Source: Mobula hypostoma
Taxonomy: Eukaryota
NCBI RefSeq assembly: GCF_963921235.1
Contig: NC_086105.1
Span: 26,722,001-26,786,000 of the forward strand
Direction: 5' to 3'
Length of the DNA stretch: 64,000 nt
Part shown: in pieces, positions 12,561 to 25,992 of the stretch
Position numbering within the stretch: position 1 is the stretch's first letter
How the letters are laid out: every line of letters begins with the position of its first letter
Program-made: the position numbers and the translations under genes
Notes under the pieces: generated by a model
What the model saw: only the letters and a program-made list of their open reading frames with translations
Databases searched by the model: none
What the model was told of the DNA's origin: nothing

Positions 12561-13558
12561 TGCAAGGGAGCCTGCTGTGATGCCAACAGTCACTCTGAGT
12601 GAGCTGCTGAAATCAGTGCCTGCAACTGGAGATTGCCCCACAACCTCTAAACCCCTGCACAAAAGGGTTATTTATGAGAGTGGCAAGGAAGAAGCTCTGG
12701 CTGAAAAAAAAATCCTTGCCCATATAGACTTTACAAAACATTACTTAGAAGATCCCGTAAAGGTGTGGAATTCTGTCTTGTGGTCAGATGAGACTAAAGT
12801 GAAACATTTGGCCTCAATACTAATCAGAAACCGTGGCATAAGTCTATTACTGCATATCAGCCAGGTAGCACCATCCCTTCTGTAAAGTATGTGAGGGTAG
12901 CATCATGCTTTTCAGCATCAGGAACTGGAAATCTGAGGCAGGATTGATGGGGAGATGAATGTTGTTAAATACAGAGAGATCCTGGATAAAACCTGCTAGC
13001 CTCTGCGAGAAAGCTTCAACTGGGGAGGGATTTTATCTTTCAGCAGGACAATGACCCAAAGCACACTGCCAGAGCAACCATTGAGTATCTTCAAATAAAA
13101 ATAATTGATGCATTTGAGTGGCCCAGACAGAGTCTTGACCTTAACCTGATCGATCATCCCTGGCAAGACCTCAATGTTGCTGTCCATAGCTGCTCCCCAA
13201 CTAATCTGGCACAGCTTGAGCAATTTTGCAAGGAGGAATGGGCAAATCTTGCTCCACTACATCATGCAAAGCTAAAAGAGACTCATTTAAAAAGACTACT
13301 GGCTGTAATAGCTGTGAGATGTCGTTCAACTAAGTTCAACAAAGAGAGATGACTACTTTTGAACTGCTGGCATTTCAATTTTGAATTTTTACTTTCTCAT
13401 GCTTTACATTTTTCCCCGGTGTTTGAGTTCTACTGTGAAAAAAGGAGCATGTGACTCACAAATCAAAATTCTTGGTTAAATTGATCAAAATCACTGGTTG
13501 TAATGCTGACTTATATGAGCAAAGGCCTGGGCAGTGAATACTTTTACCAGGCACTGTA
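12560..13558 (+). mobile_element. Tc1/mariner transposon remnant with 3' TIR
   Basis: VWNSVLWSDETKV and FQQDNDPKHTA motifs. Ends AATACTTTTACCAGGCACTG|TA. Homologous to 225-1112. Confidence 0.9.
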
Positions 13559-15301
13559 GATGGAGCTACCTGCAATTATCAATGTTGGAAGCTGGGTTTG
13601 AGAAATATAACCCCAATGCTGCTAAAATCTTTCAGCAGAAGAACAACTTAGAGTGGGATACCAGTAACTATTGCGCTAAAAATATTGCCACCAAAAACGC
13701 AGATGCAATGTTGCAATGGACTGTGATTGTGAGCATGGATTGGCAACCAATTTTGAAGTAGAATCCCAAAGGACAGACCAACTGAAGATCTTCGTGCTGC
13801 TAGCCCTTCCAGTCAAGCTGGCACCAGCATATTGGCTTATTTCTTTCTATTGGGACGAACCAGCTTGGCTGAGAGAGGGAAAATTATACAGCTCTGTATC
13901 AGCTGCCAGTCTGATAAACATATGCCAAATAAATGTTTAAAAATATTAAGTCTTTCAGAGTTCCAAGAGATTTTACCATCCCAAAACAGCCTCTAATTAA
14001 CCAAAGAGGATACAGAAAATACTGCCAGAAAAAGTATCCTGATGTTCTCTAATCAGTTAGAGAATCTGGTAACATTAACATGCTTATCTCCCTTGATTAG
14101 ACCATAGTTATTAAATCTGGCCCTAATGAAATTAATGTTTGCCAGAACTTCATAGTTTCTGCTTCTGTAGCCTACATCTTTTGGGTTGGCCACAAAGTAA
14201 CACATTTCATATGCTTTGCAGTGATTTCACAATCTGTATAATGCAACCTAGTTTCCATATTCATATTTCAGATTAAGTTGGCATTAGGTGGATCAGCCTC
14301 AAGTTATGGAATGTAGCTGATTCCCATTACTCTGGAAAATCTAAAGGAAAAGTATTAAACTGACAATATCTCATGGAAAAATGTTCATATTATTACTGTA
14401 TTTGTGATATTAACAGATTACATATAGCTTTCTCATTTGCCACATATTCTGTTTTCAGAAACATACTTGATGGTTCTTATGCAAGCATACTGTATATTAT
14501 CATTCAGGATTGGGATTGGGATTTTGTGATCATAGAACTGTAGGACAATACAGCAAAGAATTCGGTCCTCACACCAATGAGTCCATGCTAACAATGACAC
14601 CCACTCAGCTCTCTCAATTTCCAAGATTATTATTGACTCTTATTTCTGTGTAACATTAAATCTTGCTTAATTTTATTGACATGTATTGGGATGGCAGTTT
14701 GCTGAAATCTATTTTCACGATAAAACAACAATCTGATGCCAAGAAAAACAATAGAAGCAGCTCCAATGTAGCTTTTGATAATTGAAGATAGCCCAATGTA
14801 TCACCTGCTTTTATTTTGTGACTTGAAAAACTTTCAGTAAAATAGTTTCAAAAGGAAATTAACTAAAATCTATATATCAGATTCCCATGATTTACTGCCT
14901 TGCCTTTAATTTTAACCATGTGTAACTATTATTACTAAAAATCTCCTTTATTATTAGTGATTGTGCCCACCATTGTGAAAATCTACAAGGAGCGCTGTCA
15001 CGGAAAAGCAGCATCTGTCATCAAGGTCTCCCACCATCCAGGCCATACTCTCGTCTCACTGCTACCATTGAGAAGAAGGCTCCTAAATTACAGGGGCAGC
15101 CTGACCTAGAGAGTGTGGCTGTGGTTTCAGAATGGAATGCAATGAGCTCTGAGGTATGTTCAATGTCTTTGAGATTATTTTAAACCCTTCCCCAGATTTG
15201 TGCTTCTCCATTATCATTCCCCTGACTTGCCCTGAATGCTCTTTGGGCTTCACTTTGGTTTGGTCTGTTGAAAATCTACCATACTATTAGGCAAGGGAGG
15301 G

Positions 15302-15449
15302 NNNNNNNNNNNNNNNNNNNNNNNNNNNNNNNNNNNNNNNNNNNNNNNNNNNNNNNNNNNNNNNNNNNNNNNNNNNNNNNNNNNNNNNNNNNNNNNNNNN
15401 NNNNNNNNNNNNNNNNNNNNNNNNNNNNNNNNNNNNNNNNNNNNNNNNN
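15302..15449. other. Assembly gap (148 N), flanked by Tc1-like fragments
   Basis: Run of N. The right flank ends GAATATTTTTTCAAGGCA, like the Tc1 terminal sequence. Confidence 0.95.
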
Positions 15450-15879
15450 TGAATTAATTGAAAAAAGGTGATCCTCCAATTTTCCACAGGCTGGGCAAGT
15501 TGGTAGAGTAATGCATGAATTACACCTGAGGAAAGTTAGCACAGTAATTACAAAGGTCATGAATACTGATTCAGCCTCACAGTTTTGTTTTTTTTATTTT
15601 ATTAAATTGTTGACAGGTTTGGAAAGTTTCTTTTGACTTGACATGATGCACAATGATTAGATTAGCTCAAAAATCATACTTCAACATATTTTAATTTTAG
15701 AAAATGAGACTGTGAAATTGGTGGGGTCTGAATATTTTTTCAAGGCATGAAAGAACAGAGAACAGTAACAGACTTTCAGACACTGCATTGAAGTTGACCA
15801 TCAAGCACCCACCTACACCAATCCCTCGTTCATTGTGGCCATCCGTTGATTGAGGTCAACCAAGGATATTGTGTCCTAG

Positions 15880-16300
15880 CTACCTACGTTGTTAGTGCAA
15901 CGACCTCTGTGACTGATGACACCAATGCGAGAGTGGCAGTGCAAAGGAGATGCAGCATTTCTTTTTATGGGTCTGTTTGTCTTCTTCCACTTTCCAAAAT
16001 TTTTCCTCACCTGTTTTAAGGTGTTTTTTTCTGGGTACTTCACCATCTGGTGCAGTCGACTGCAGGTTTCTCCCAGGACCCAATGTTCATGTCCAGCACC
16101 CTCACATCCCACTTGCAGATACCCTTGCAGCACAGTTGCAGGTGGCCAGTAGTTCTCTTGCCTAAAGGATGTCTTTGGATGCGGCCATCCTGCATGCAGC
16201 AGACATGACCCAGCCGGCTGCCTGAGCAGGTTGCACATGCTAGGGAGGTTCAAACCAGGGAAAATTATTGGGATGCCTCGGAGATTGTCCACGTTATAGT
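15880..16300 (-). mobile_element. RTE-type LINE 3' fragment
   Basis: Minus-strand translation with shifts gives DGRIPKDIL...GKRTTGHLQLCCKGICKWDVRVLDMNIGSWEKPAVDCTRW, typical of the RTE ORF C-terminus. Confidence 0.6.
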
Positions 16301-17650
16301 AGAGGAAATGTATGAAGGTAGATAAATCTCCAAGGCCCAAACAGGTATATCCAAGAACACCATGGGATGCTAGAGAAGAAATAATGGGATCTCTGGCTGA
16401 GATATATGCACCACTATTAGTAAGATGCTGGAAGAGTAGAGGGGAAAGCGAATATTGTGCATTTATTTAAGTACTGTAAAGAAAACCCTGGGAACAATAG
16501 ACTAATAAGCCTGGAATCTGATAGGTAAGTTACTAGATAGGACTCTGAGATAAAATACTGTACACATATATCTGGAAATACAGGGATTAATGATAGTCAG
16601 CATGGCTCATGCCTGTTGAACTTGGCTGAATTTTTTTAAATGACCAAGAAGGATGATGAGGGCAGGGCAGTAAGATCCACTGACTGATTCTTCAGTAAGA
16701 TCCACTTAATGTCCACCTGGTAGATAAGGTTCCACTTCGTAGTCTGCTCTGGAAGGGTAGATTGCATGGAACTATGTGACAGACAGTTAATAAGATACAC
16801 AACTGGCTTGATAGTAGGAAGCAGAGAGTGAAGGTTGTTTCTCATTCTGGAGGTTGTGTCCTTCAGGGGTAGATACTGGACAATGTTATTTATCATCTAT
16901 ATCAATGACTTGGATGAGGGTGTACAAGACATAAAGCTTGCAAAAATAGCTGACATTAAATAGGTGGTATCATTGGCAGTGAAAAAGGTTACCAAAAATT
17001 ACAAGGGGATCATAATCAAGCATGAGCAATTGGCATTCAGATACAGTACATGGTTCCCTGAAAGGCAGACAGGATGGTGAAGGAGCCAGATGCCATGGTG
17101 GCCTTCATTGGTCAGGTTATGGAGCATGAAAACTTGGAGGTTATCTTGCAGTTGTACAAGATGGTGAGGCAGCTCTTGGAGTGTTGTGTTCAGTTTTGGT
17201 CACCCTGCAATAGGAAAGATATTATTAAACTGTAAAGAGTGTGTAAAAAGATTTACAAGGAATGATATAAACTCAATGCAGTGAAGATTTGCCAGACTGG
17301 TAGGATGGTGGGTTTGTCGTATGATTAAAGATCGAAGGAGGCTAGGTCTCTATTTTCAAAAATTTAGAAGAACCAGGAGTGGCCTCTTTCATATGTATAG
17401 GTTTCTTAAAAGGCTAGGCAGGATATGTAGATACAGAGGGAGAGTTTCCCACACTGAATCAAAATTCATCAGCTCAAAATAGAGGCTTATCCTTTTAAGA
17501 CTGAAATAGAGAGATACCTCTTCACTGAGGAAGGTTGAGTCTTTGGAATTCTCTATCCATTATGACTGGAACTTGAAAACTGTCAAATTTAAACATGAGT
17601 GTTGGAAATTTAAAGTAACTAAAAGATTGGGGTTATGTTTATGGATGAAA
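16300..17650 (+). mobile_element. Old CR1 LINE ORF2 remnant
   Basis: Degenerate RT motifs (DKSPRPKQVYPR, YINDLDEGV, CVQFWSP). Confidence 0.7.
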
Positions 17651-20600
17651 AAGGAAGTATGCAAGAAAGGAATCAAATTTGACTATCCCCAGGTTTAAAG
17701 AGACTGTGCATGAGCAGCAAAGCAGTTCAATAAAATGAATGTACAGAGCAAATGCTGCTTCATCATGAAGGACATGTTGGGGTCCTGAACAATGAAAAGC
17801 AGTATGCATTACATTTAATATGCATGCATAGGAAGGTGGCATGCAAAAACAAATGTTCTGGTGAAATGGCAGAGTGGACCATCGGTTTTATAGAGACATA
17901 GTTATCTTCAGAATGTGGCAAGACTAAAGTGCATTGACAACTAGCTGGGGGTGGTATGTAGCTTTGTGTAGTTTGGACCTGAAGCCAAGAGGAACCATAT
18001 AACGATTCTGGGAATAAACAACAGATGAGAAAACAGAACTATGAGAAATGGGATGGACATCTTTGAGGGCATTTGCAGTCCTGGTGTATATTCCTTTTCA
18101 TCAGTCCTCTACTGATGAAAAGAAACATAGGGAATGTTTATGTTGGGGTTTCCATTTTATTGAGTGTCAACATATATACTTTACCATAAAAGCAAGCAGA
18201 AGATAATCCAATTCATGATGGTGTTGTTATATTTTACCTGGGACCACCAAATTATTAACTAATTGTGAGAAATTTCAACATAACATCTGTTTTTACATAA
18301 ATGTTTGTGGCCGTCCTGATTTCAAGCAACAACGCAAATGAACCCAAGTAGTTACTACTTATCCCTTAGTAAGAAAATATAGACTAGAACACAGGTTAGC
18401 CATTTCTAGAAAGCCCTTACAGCAAGAATATATTGCAAAGGGAATGATAAGGTTCTCAAATGCCAAAGGTTCAATGCATACATGGCCTCAGCAGCAAAAG
18501 TTTTTTTTTACAACTTTAGCAAAACATTAACAGCAGTTCTAAATTAGATTTCATGCCCTTGGTTTCATCATGAAAATGGTAACTATTATTAGGTGGCAAT
18601 GGAAGAGGGGAGGAGAAAACCCCACAGGTTTATAGCGTTTCACAAGAAGCCTACCAGTTCTTTGACTTAGCTACCCAATTATTTTATTTTTAAATGGGGA
18701 GCTTGGCCTGACAGAATTCATTATTCATGAATAAATCGTTAAACATGTTTATATGTTATATTTTCAGAACGAAACAGATTCTTTCCGGAGTAAGTTACTT
18801 TTAATGGCTTCTGTTGAGATAACATCGTAAAACTGGTAGCATTATGCAGCTTTTAAAATCTTTAACTGTGACTCAAGCACCGGTCTGGACCAGTGACGGA
18901 AAGACTATCAGCCAAGAAATTGCCCCCTTTATTTTATGGCGGCAGCAAAGGGGAAATTAAGAGTGACCGCTTTCTCTTTCTAATTTAAGTTTTTGATCTC
19001 TAAATAACTACTATACCTGTGCTTTAATGTTGTATCGTTGAACCTTCCCAGCTGTAGTTCATGGGTAAAAGTCAACATGAAAATGTTGGAGCAACCAAAC
19101 TGTGCAGGACAGAAGGAATGTAGAAGATGATTACTGGGCAATTAAGACCGTTTATCTCAATACATAATGGTTTTTTACTTTTAGGAAATAGTTTCACCTC
19201 TGTCGATTTATTTAATCGATCCAAACACCCAATGGCCATTTTACAGATGACTTTGCCATAAGTCCCTAATGACATACATTCCGTTAAATATGGTTAAATG
19301 TTATTTTAATGCCTGTTCTTTACATTACTAAATATACATGTCTTCACTATTTTGTATTTTTTTTCTATATCTATAATCCCGAGGCTGTTATTCTTCAAAG
19401 TGGATTTGATACTTTTGTTCCCTCATTCCTGGAAATGAAATTACCCAACAGTATGTCACAGTGAGATTATAACTTAATGTGAGGTGGTCATGAAATGTTC
19501 AATATTAACCCGTGCTCGGTAGTCTGTAATGGCTGAAAGCCTCCCCCGAAACGTGAGTGTGGTACTGAAACTTCCCCGAATACATGAGGTTATCTCCTTG
19601 CCTCCTATCTTGGTGGTAGGGGAAAAAACACACCTTCCAAACGATCGCAGCAAATGCTACATTTATTAATATTCCTCAGTCATCAGTGGGAGACAGAGAA
19701 GTGGGAACCTTGTTGTTCCACCTGTGCGATTTACGCCCTGAAACCTCAAGGTTGTGGAAAAAGTGGGAGATGTACAACGCTCTAGTAGTGTTTCATTTCA
19801 GCCATTAACATATCCCTTTACAACGCATCATTAAATTGCTTTCACCACAACACAATAGGGGTCAATCAGGGGACCGCAGACCCCTCCAAGAATGGGACAG
19901 TAAATGGCCAGTGGAGAAGATGGGTGGGTAGTTTGTGAAGTAGCGTGCTCATGTTCCTCTCAATACGGAGTATCTATGTGTGGTTAGTGTATGGATTCCT
20001 GTATTCCCCCAAATGCAACAAGCCAAAAAGATCCTCAGGAATCAGATGCCATGCTACAAATTTTCATGGACCTTTTAAGCACATCCTTGAATCTTATCTG
20101 TAGTTTGCCTGATAATCACTTCCATGAAGGAGTTTGGAGTTGGATGGCTGAGTTAGGACAGCAATGTCGGGAAGACAAAAACCTATTCCTGCCCAATGTA
20201 ATCAACAGAGTGCAACAGGCACCTTAATATTAGGGATATGCACCTGGGAGGTGACATTTATCATTCTGGTGAACTTAGAAGATTCTTTGGAGACAGCAGA
20301 GGTGGTATCTTTTCAGGGGCTCTAAGTCTCTGCTGCAGTTATCCCAGGTCTCAGAATATCCTTCCAGTGAATTTAGAGAATTCTTTGGACACAGCAGATG
20401 TGGTATCCTTCCTGGGATTTTAGTGCCTGCTGTAACTTGATTCTCAGAAAGATATTGGAGGACAACGATTAGTGTTGCCTGGTAGAACGTGAGTTTTGCA
20501 ACACAACTGAGGATGTATTCTTCAAGTACTATTTTCCTCAATCAAACAAACACAGGGTAGCAGATCCGAAGTGATAAACTTCATCATTACTGTCTGCTTT

Positions 20601-20677
20601 TTATATGAAATATCTCTTACATTGTGGTAGTGGACCATGTGTTCTAAGGCCTTGCTTTTGACCTTTATTTATAGAGG

Positions 20678-21522
20678 TCAAGCAACACACATCAAAGTTG
20701 CTGGTGAATGCAGCAGGCCAGGTAGCATCTCTAGGAAGAGGTACAGTCGACATTTTGGGCCGAGACCCTTCGTCAGGACTAACTGAAGGAAGAACTAGTA
20801 AGAGATTTGAAAGTGGGAGGGAGAGGGGGAGATTCAAAATGATAGGAGAAGACAGGAGGAGGAGGGATGGAGCCAAGAGCTGGACAGGTGATTGGCAAAA
20901 GGGATATGAGAGGATCATGGGACAGGAGGCCTAGAGAGAAGGAAAAGGGGGAGGGGGGGAAACCCAGAGGATGGGCAAGGGGTATAGTCAGAGGGACAGA
21001 GGGAGAAAAAGGAGAGAGAGAGAAAGAATGTGTGTATATAAATAAATAACGGATGGGGTATGAGGGGGAGGTTGGGTATTAGCGGAAGTTTGAGAAGTCA
21101 ATGTTCATGCCATCAGGTTGGAGGCTACCCAGATGGAATATAAGGTGTTGTTCCTCCAACCTGAGTGTGGCTTCATCTTTACAGTAGAGGAGGCCGTGGA
21201 TAGACATATCAGAATGGGAATGGGATGTGGAATTAAAATGTGTGGTCACTGGGAGATCCTGCTTTCATTGGCGGACAGAGCGTAGGTGTTCAGCAAAACG
21301 ATCTCCCAGTCTGCATCGGGTCTCGCCAATATATAGAGGGCCACATTGGGAGCACCGGACGCAGTATATCACCCCAGCCGACTCACAGGTGAAGTGTCGC
21401 CTCTCCTGGAAGGACTGTCTGGGACCATGAATGGTGGTAAGGGAGGCAGTGTAAGGGCATGTGTAGCACTTGTTCTGCTTACAAGGTTAAGTGCCAGGAG
21501 GGAGATGGCATGAACATTGACA
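20678..21522 (-). mobile_element. Penelope-like element 3' part (GIY-YIG endonuclease remnant plus terminal repeat with mutated hammerhead)
   Basis: Near-identical to 48267-48975. Minus-strand ...GSLQPDGMNIDFSNFR* with stop at 21079-21081. The HHR motif at 20744-20781 has GAAA changed to AAAA. Confidence 0.85.
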
Positions 21523-22347
21523 TAGAAGAGTGGGCTGAAAGATGGTAGATGGAGTTTAATGCTGAAAAATGTGAGGTGCTACATTTTGGTAGGACTAATC
21601 AAATAGGACATACATGGTAAATGGTAGTGCATTGAAGAATGCTGTAGAACAGAGGGATCTAGGAATAATGGTGCATAGTTCCCTGAAGGTGGAATCTCAT
21701 GTGGATAGGGTGGTGAAGAAAGCTTTTTGGTATGCTGGCCTCTATTAATCAGAACATTGGGTATAGGAGTTGGGATGTAATGTTGAAATTGTATAAGGCA
21801 TTGGTAAGGCCAAATTTGGAGTGTTGTGTACAGTTCTGGTCACCCAATTGTAGGAAAGATGTCAATAAAATTGAGAGAGTACAGAGGAGGTTTACTAAAA
21901 TGTTGCCTGGGTTTCATCTCCTAAGTTACAGAGAAGGGTTGAACAAGTTAGATCTTTATTCTTTGGAGAGTAGAAGGTTGAAAGGGGACTTGATAGAGGT
22001 GTTTAAAATTATGAAAGGGAATAATAGAGTTGACATGGATAGGCTTTTTCCATTGAGAGTGGGGAAGATTCAAACAAGAGGACATGAGTTGAGAGTTAAA
22101 GGACAAAAGTTTAGGGGTAACATGACGGGGAACTTCTTTACTCAGAGCTTCCAGCAGACATGGTTGAGGCAGGTTCGATGTTGTCGTTTGAAGTTAAACT
22201 GGATAGATATATGGACAGGAAAGGAATGGAGGGTTATGGGCTGAGTGCAGGTCGGTGGGACTAAGTGAGAGTAAGAGTTTGGCACAGACTAGATAGGCCG
22301 AGATGGCCTGTTTCCGTGCTGTAATTGTTATATGGTTTATATGGTTC
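21523..22347 (+). mobile_element. CR1 LINE 3' portion
   Basis: ORF 21732-22244 has LYKALVRPNLECCVQFWSP...IERVQRRFTKMLPG. 3' tail TTATATGGTTTATATGGTT. Confidence 0.9.
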
Positions 22348-22869
22348 CACAGTCTCTCTGGATCAATGGATCAGTGGTTGAAGCAGACCATCTACAGTGG
22401 ATGTTGCTGTTTCTTATATTTTTCTTGGAGTTATCATTCATTAACATTCATATCATCTGGGAGTTAAAATAAATGGAAACCATGTTGCAATTTGAGGATG
22501 AACTGCTTGGAAATGAGAGAAAGCTGTTGAAGAAGACTAATGATGATTTTCTTTTTGGCAGACAGCTGGCAGATGGATCTGTTGTTACCATAGCAGGGTC
22601 AGTCTCCAATTCGATAGATGATCGTAGGCAGAGTTTCGCTAAGATTTCATTCTGTATCCTTCTTTTCCCAGAAGTAAAAATTAAAATTGTGGATTCACGA
22701 GCTTTAGGATCATTATGGTAATGGTTGAGTTGGGGGTGGCGGGGGCGGGATGGGTGTGAAGTATCTCCAGATGCCTTGGTAGTTTTTCAGTAGGGCATGG
22801 TCTTTTTGACCTTGTCAGCCAGGAATGATGACAAGGCTGGCCTGAATACCTGTTGTGAAATTGAGTCAA

Positions 22870-24785
22870 CGTCATGGTCCGGTCCATGAAGGCCGCATTC
22901 AGGTCTTCCAGCTGTCCCTTTTTTGAGTTAATCATAGGCACCTGATTCCCATCTTTGGGCTTGCAATATAAGTAGCCTTGGGGTTGAGTGTGGGCTGCTG
23001 GTTTGTCTTGTCAGTCTCCCTTGGAGTAACCTGCTGATGGAAGGCTAGTGAAACCATTTGTGATCTCTAGACCTGGTTGGAGGACCACTGCTTCATGGAC
23101 CCTTGCTGCCACTCATTGGAGTGGTCTTTGCGCTGTGGATTTGGCTGTTTCCTGGGCCAGCTGAGTGGCTGCCAGCCACTCTGAGCTAGGTAGGGATCTG
23201 GCTGTTTCCATAGCCAGCTGAGGTTGCTGGCTGAACTGAGACTCGGAGCTTCCCCGGAGCAGAGATGGAACTGTCTGTCATTCTTTGGTGTTTGTCTCTT
23301 CTTGTCCTTGCCTCTGTGGGGTAAGCCAGGCTGTTTTGCCGTTGCCCTGAAGGGGGACCTGTCTTGCCTTGTCCTCGCCTCTGTGGAGTAAGCCAGGCCG
23401 TTTTTCCGTTGCCCTGCGGGGGGACCTGTCTTGTCTTGTCCTTGACTCTGTTGGGTAAGTCTGGCCGTTCTGCTGTTACCTGACGGAGAGATCTGTCCCA
23501 CCTTGATGTGGAGATGAAGTTGAGTCCTAGCTTATCATAGGATAAGTCCCAGCTCTATGTCTATGTTCTGTCCTGTCTCATGTTAGTGTTGCGTTAAAGA
23601 TGAGTCCTGGCTTGTCGAAGGATAAGTCCCGGCTCTATGTTGATGCTCAGTTCCTAGTCTGTCTCTCAGCTCCAGCCTCTGAGTTATCAGCCTCCGCATT
23701 TCAAGACGAAGATCCCGCAGCCAAGCTCCAAGAACCCAAGCCTTGAAGATCCCGCAGCCAAGCTCAAGACCCAAGACCCCAAGCCTCAAGGATCCCAAGC
23801 CAAGCTCTGAGAACCCAAGCCTTGAGGATACCAAGGCAAGATCAAGACTAAAGACCCCAAGCCTCGAGGATCCCAAGCCAAGCTCCGAGAACTCAAGCCT
23901 TGAGGATCCCAAGCCAAGCTCAAGACCCAAGACCCCAAGCCTCGAGGATCCCAATCCAAGCTCAAGACCCAAGACCCCAAGCCTCGAGGATCCCAAGCCA
24001 AGCTCAAGACCCAAGACCCCAAGCCTCGAGAACCCCAAGCCAAGCTCAAGACCCAAGACCCCAAGCCTCGAGGATCCCAAGCCAAGCTCAAGACCCAAGA
24101 CCCCAGCCTGCAGCCAAGCTCGACCTAAGACCCCAAACCTCGAGGATCCTAAGCCAAGCTCAAGACTCAAGACACCAAGCCTCGAGGATCCCAAGCCAAG
24201 CTCAAGACCCAAGACCCCAAGCCTCGAGGATCCCAAGCCGTCAAGACCCAAGACCCCAAGCCTCGAGGATCCCAAGCCAAGGTCAAGACCCAAGACCCCA
24301 AGCCTCGAGGATCCCAAGCCAAGGTCAAGACCCAAGACCTCAAGCCTCGAGGATCCCAAGCCAAGGTCAAGACCCAAGACCCCAAGCCTCAAGGATCCCA
24401 AGCCAAGCTCCGAGAACCCAAGCCTTTAGGATCCCAAGCCAAGCTCAAGACCCAAGACCCCAGCCTGCAGCCAAGCTCAAGACCCAAGACCCCAAGCCTC
24501 GAGGATCCCAAGCCAAGCTCAAGACCAAAGACCCCAGCCTCAAGCCATGTCATGTCCTTGCCTGGTTCTGGGGTCCGAGCCCGAGGCAAGACCCAGGTTC
24601 TTGGTCCTTGTCCAGTCTCAGGCTCAGAGTCCAAGCCTTGTCTCCTAGTCCAGGTTTCCTAGTCCTCGTCCCGCTTTTCCTAGCCCAAGTCTGCATTCAC
24701 ATCCCTACTCTAGTCAAGTCCTGTTCCTTGTACTTCAGTGTCTGTGTCTCGCATTTGGGTCCGTTCCCAGCGCCCCATTGTGACA
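22870..24785 (+). mobile_element. Solo LTR (Gypsy-like) with expanded internal minisatellite
   Basis: Termini CGTCA (degenerate TGTCA)...TGACA. 5-bp TSD GTCAA at 22865-22869 and 24786-24790. TATA-like AATATAAG near 22965. Homologous to 25993-27310. Confidence 0.8.
23700..24546. repeat. Minisatellite, mainly 42-bp unit CTCGAGGATCCCAAGCCAAGCTCAAGACCCAAGACCCCAAGC (~20 units incl. 35-bp variants)
   Basis: Period 42 (e.g. 23941 to 23983), built from CCAAG-like subunits. Confidence 0.95.
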
Positions 24786-25992
24786 GTCAAAGGTGTGCAT
24801 ATCACAGCTTGAGGAAGTCTTTAGTGGATTCCTTCCACAGTGTGTTAGATGACTCTCTGTACTTGATGAATTTGTCACTATTTTTAGCTCTCATTAGGAT
24901 GGGGAAAAGAGGTGGCTTTAAATTGTTGCCTGTGGGGTTATTCTTTCCCCTAGAGGAATAATGGAGCTTCCAATGTAGGAATAGCTTATGTTTGTGGTTG
25001 ATAATGAAAAGAACTCCAGATGCTAGGAATCTAAAACAAAAGCAGAACATTCTGAAAATGCTCAGGAGGTCACATTCCATCTCGTTATTTCTACCATTTT
25101 CTATTTTTTGTTTTAGATTTCCAGAATCTGCAGTTTGTTCCATTGACAATTACTTGAGGAATTTAATGACACCTCTCTTCCAGGAATGTCTGACCTGAAG
25201 AGGTTCCACTCTGGGATTTCCACCTGTCTCTCTTGCCTTGTTCACTGTCTATTGTGTCTCTTTCCCTTCTTGTTTGATAAGGTATTGACCAAAACATATC
25301 TCCACAGCCACATCTCTTTCCTTAGCAAATGTCCTTCGCTCTAACTCATCTATTTGGACTGCCCACCCAGGATCACGGATAAGTGCAAACTATCAGACAT
25401 TTCTGGGGCATTGTTCTCCTCACATCCGCATAGTCATGGCCTGAACTGCTGAGCATTTCCATCATTTTCTGATTTTGTTGTCTGTAGTTATTTTACTTCT
25501 CAATCTCCTGGCCATTCTTATCAAACCAGTCTTCATAGAGAAATCAAAAATCTTTTCACAATTGCAACCTATGACAGGATTTAGGACTGCCCATAAGCAG
25601 TCCATTTGAGCAGCTCCATTTGGCTGAGAGTGAACAGGTCACCTTCAAGTGCATTGGCTGAAAACAGCTGATTGTGTGGAGTCCATGGATGTTTTAACAT
25701 TGATCTTCATCTGTTAATGCTTCTGTGATGTTTTCTGGCCAGGCTGAGGAGATAATAGAATGGATTAGGTAGTGTCATTTTGTAGTTACAGGTACATGTT
25801 ATGGCATGGGTGATATAGATAGTTTTGTCATCGCCCACTCAGCTGATGATAAAATCTAACAGCTACCAATGTTTGGAGGGTATTGACATGATACCTTCTA
25901 AATGTTCCTCTAATAATAATATATTTATAATGACTAGACCGTGTAGCAAAGATTTTTCATGGGAAACACATAATTAGAGTTGGCATTGCCTG

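Noticed and set aside
15268-15560. ORFs spanning the N run
   Set aside because: Artefacts of the assembly gap.
23700-24546. CRISPR-like array
   Set aside because: Head-to-tail tandem units with no unique spacers, eukaryotic context and no cas genes.
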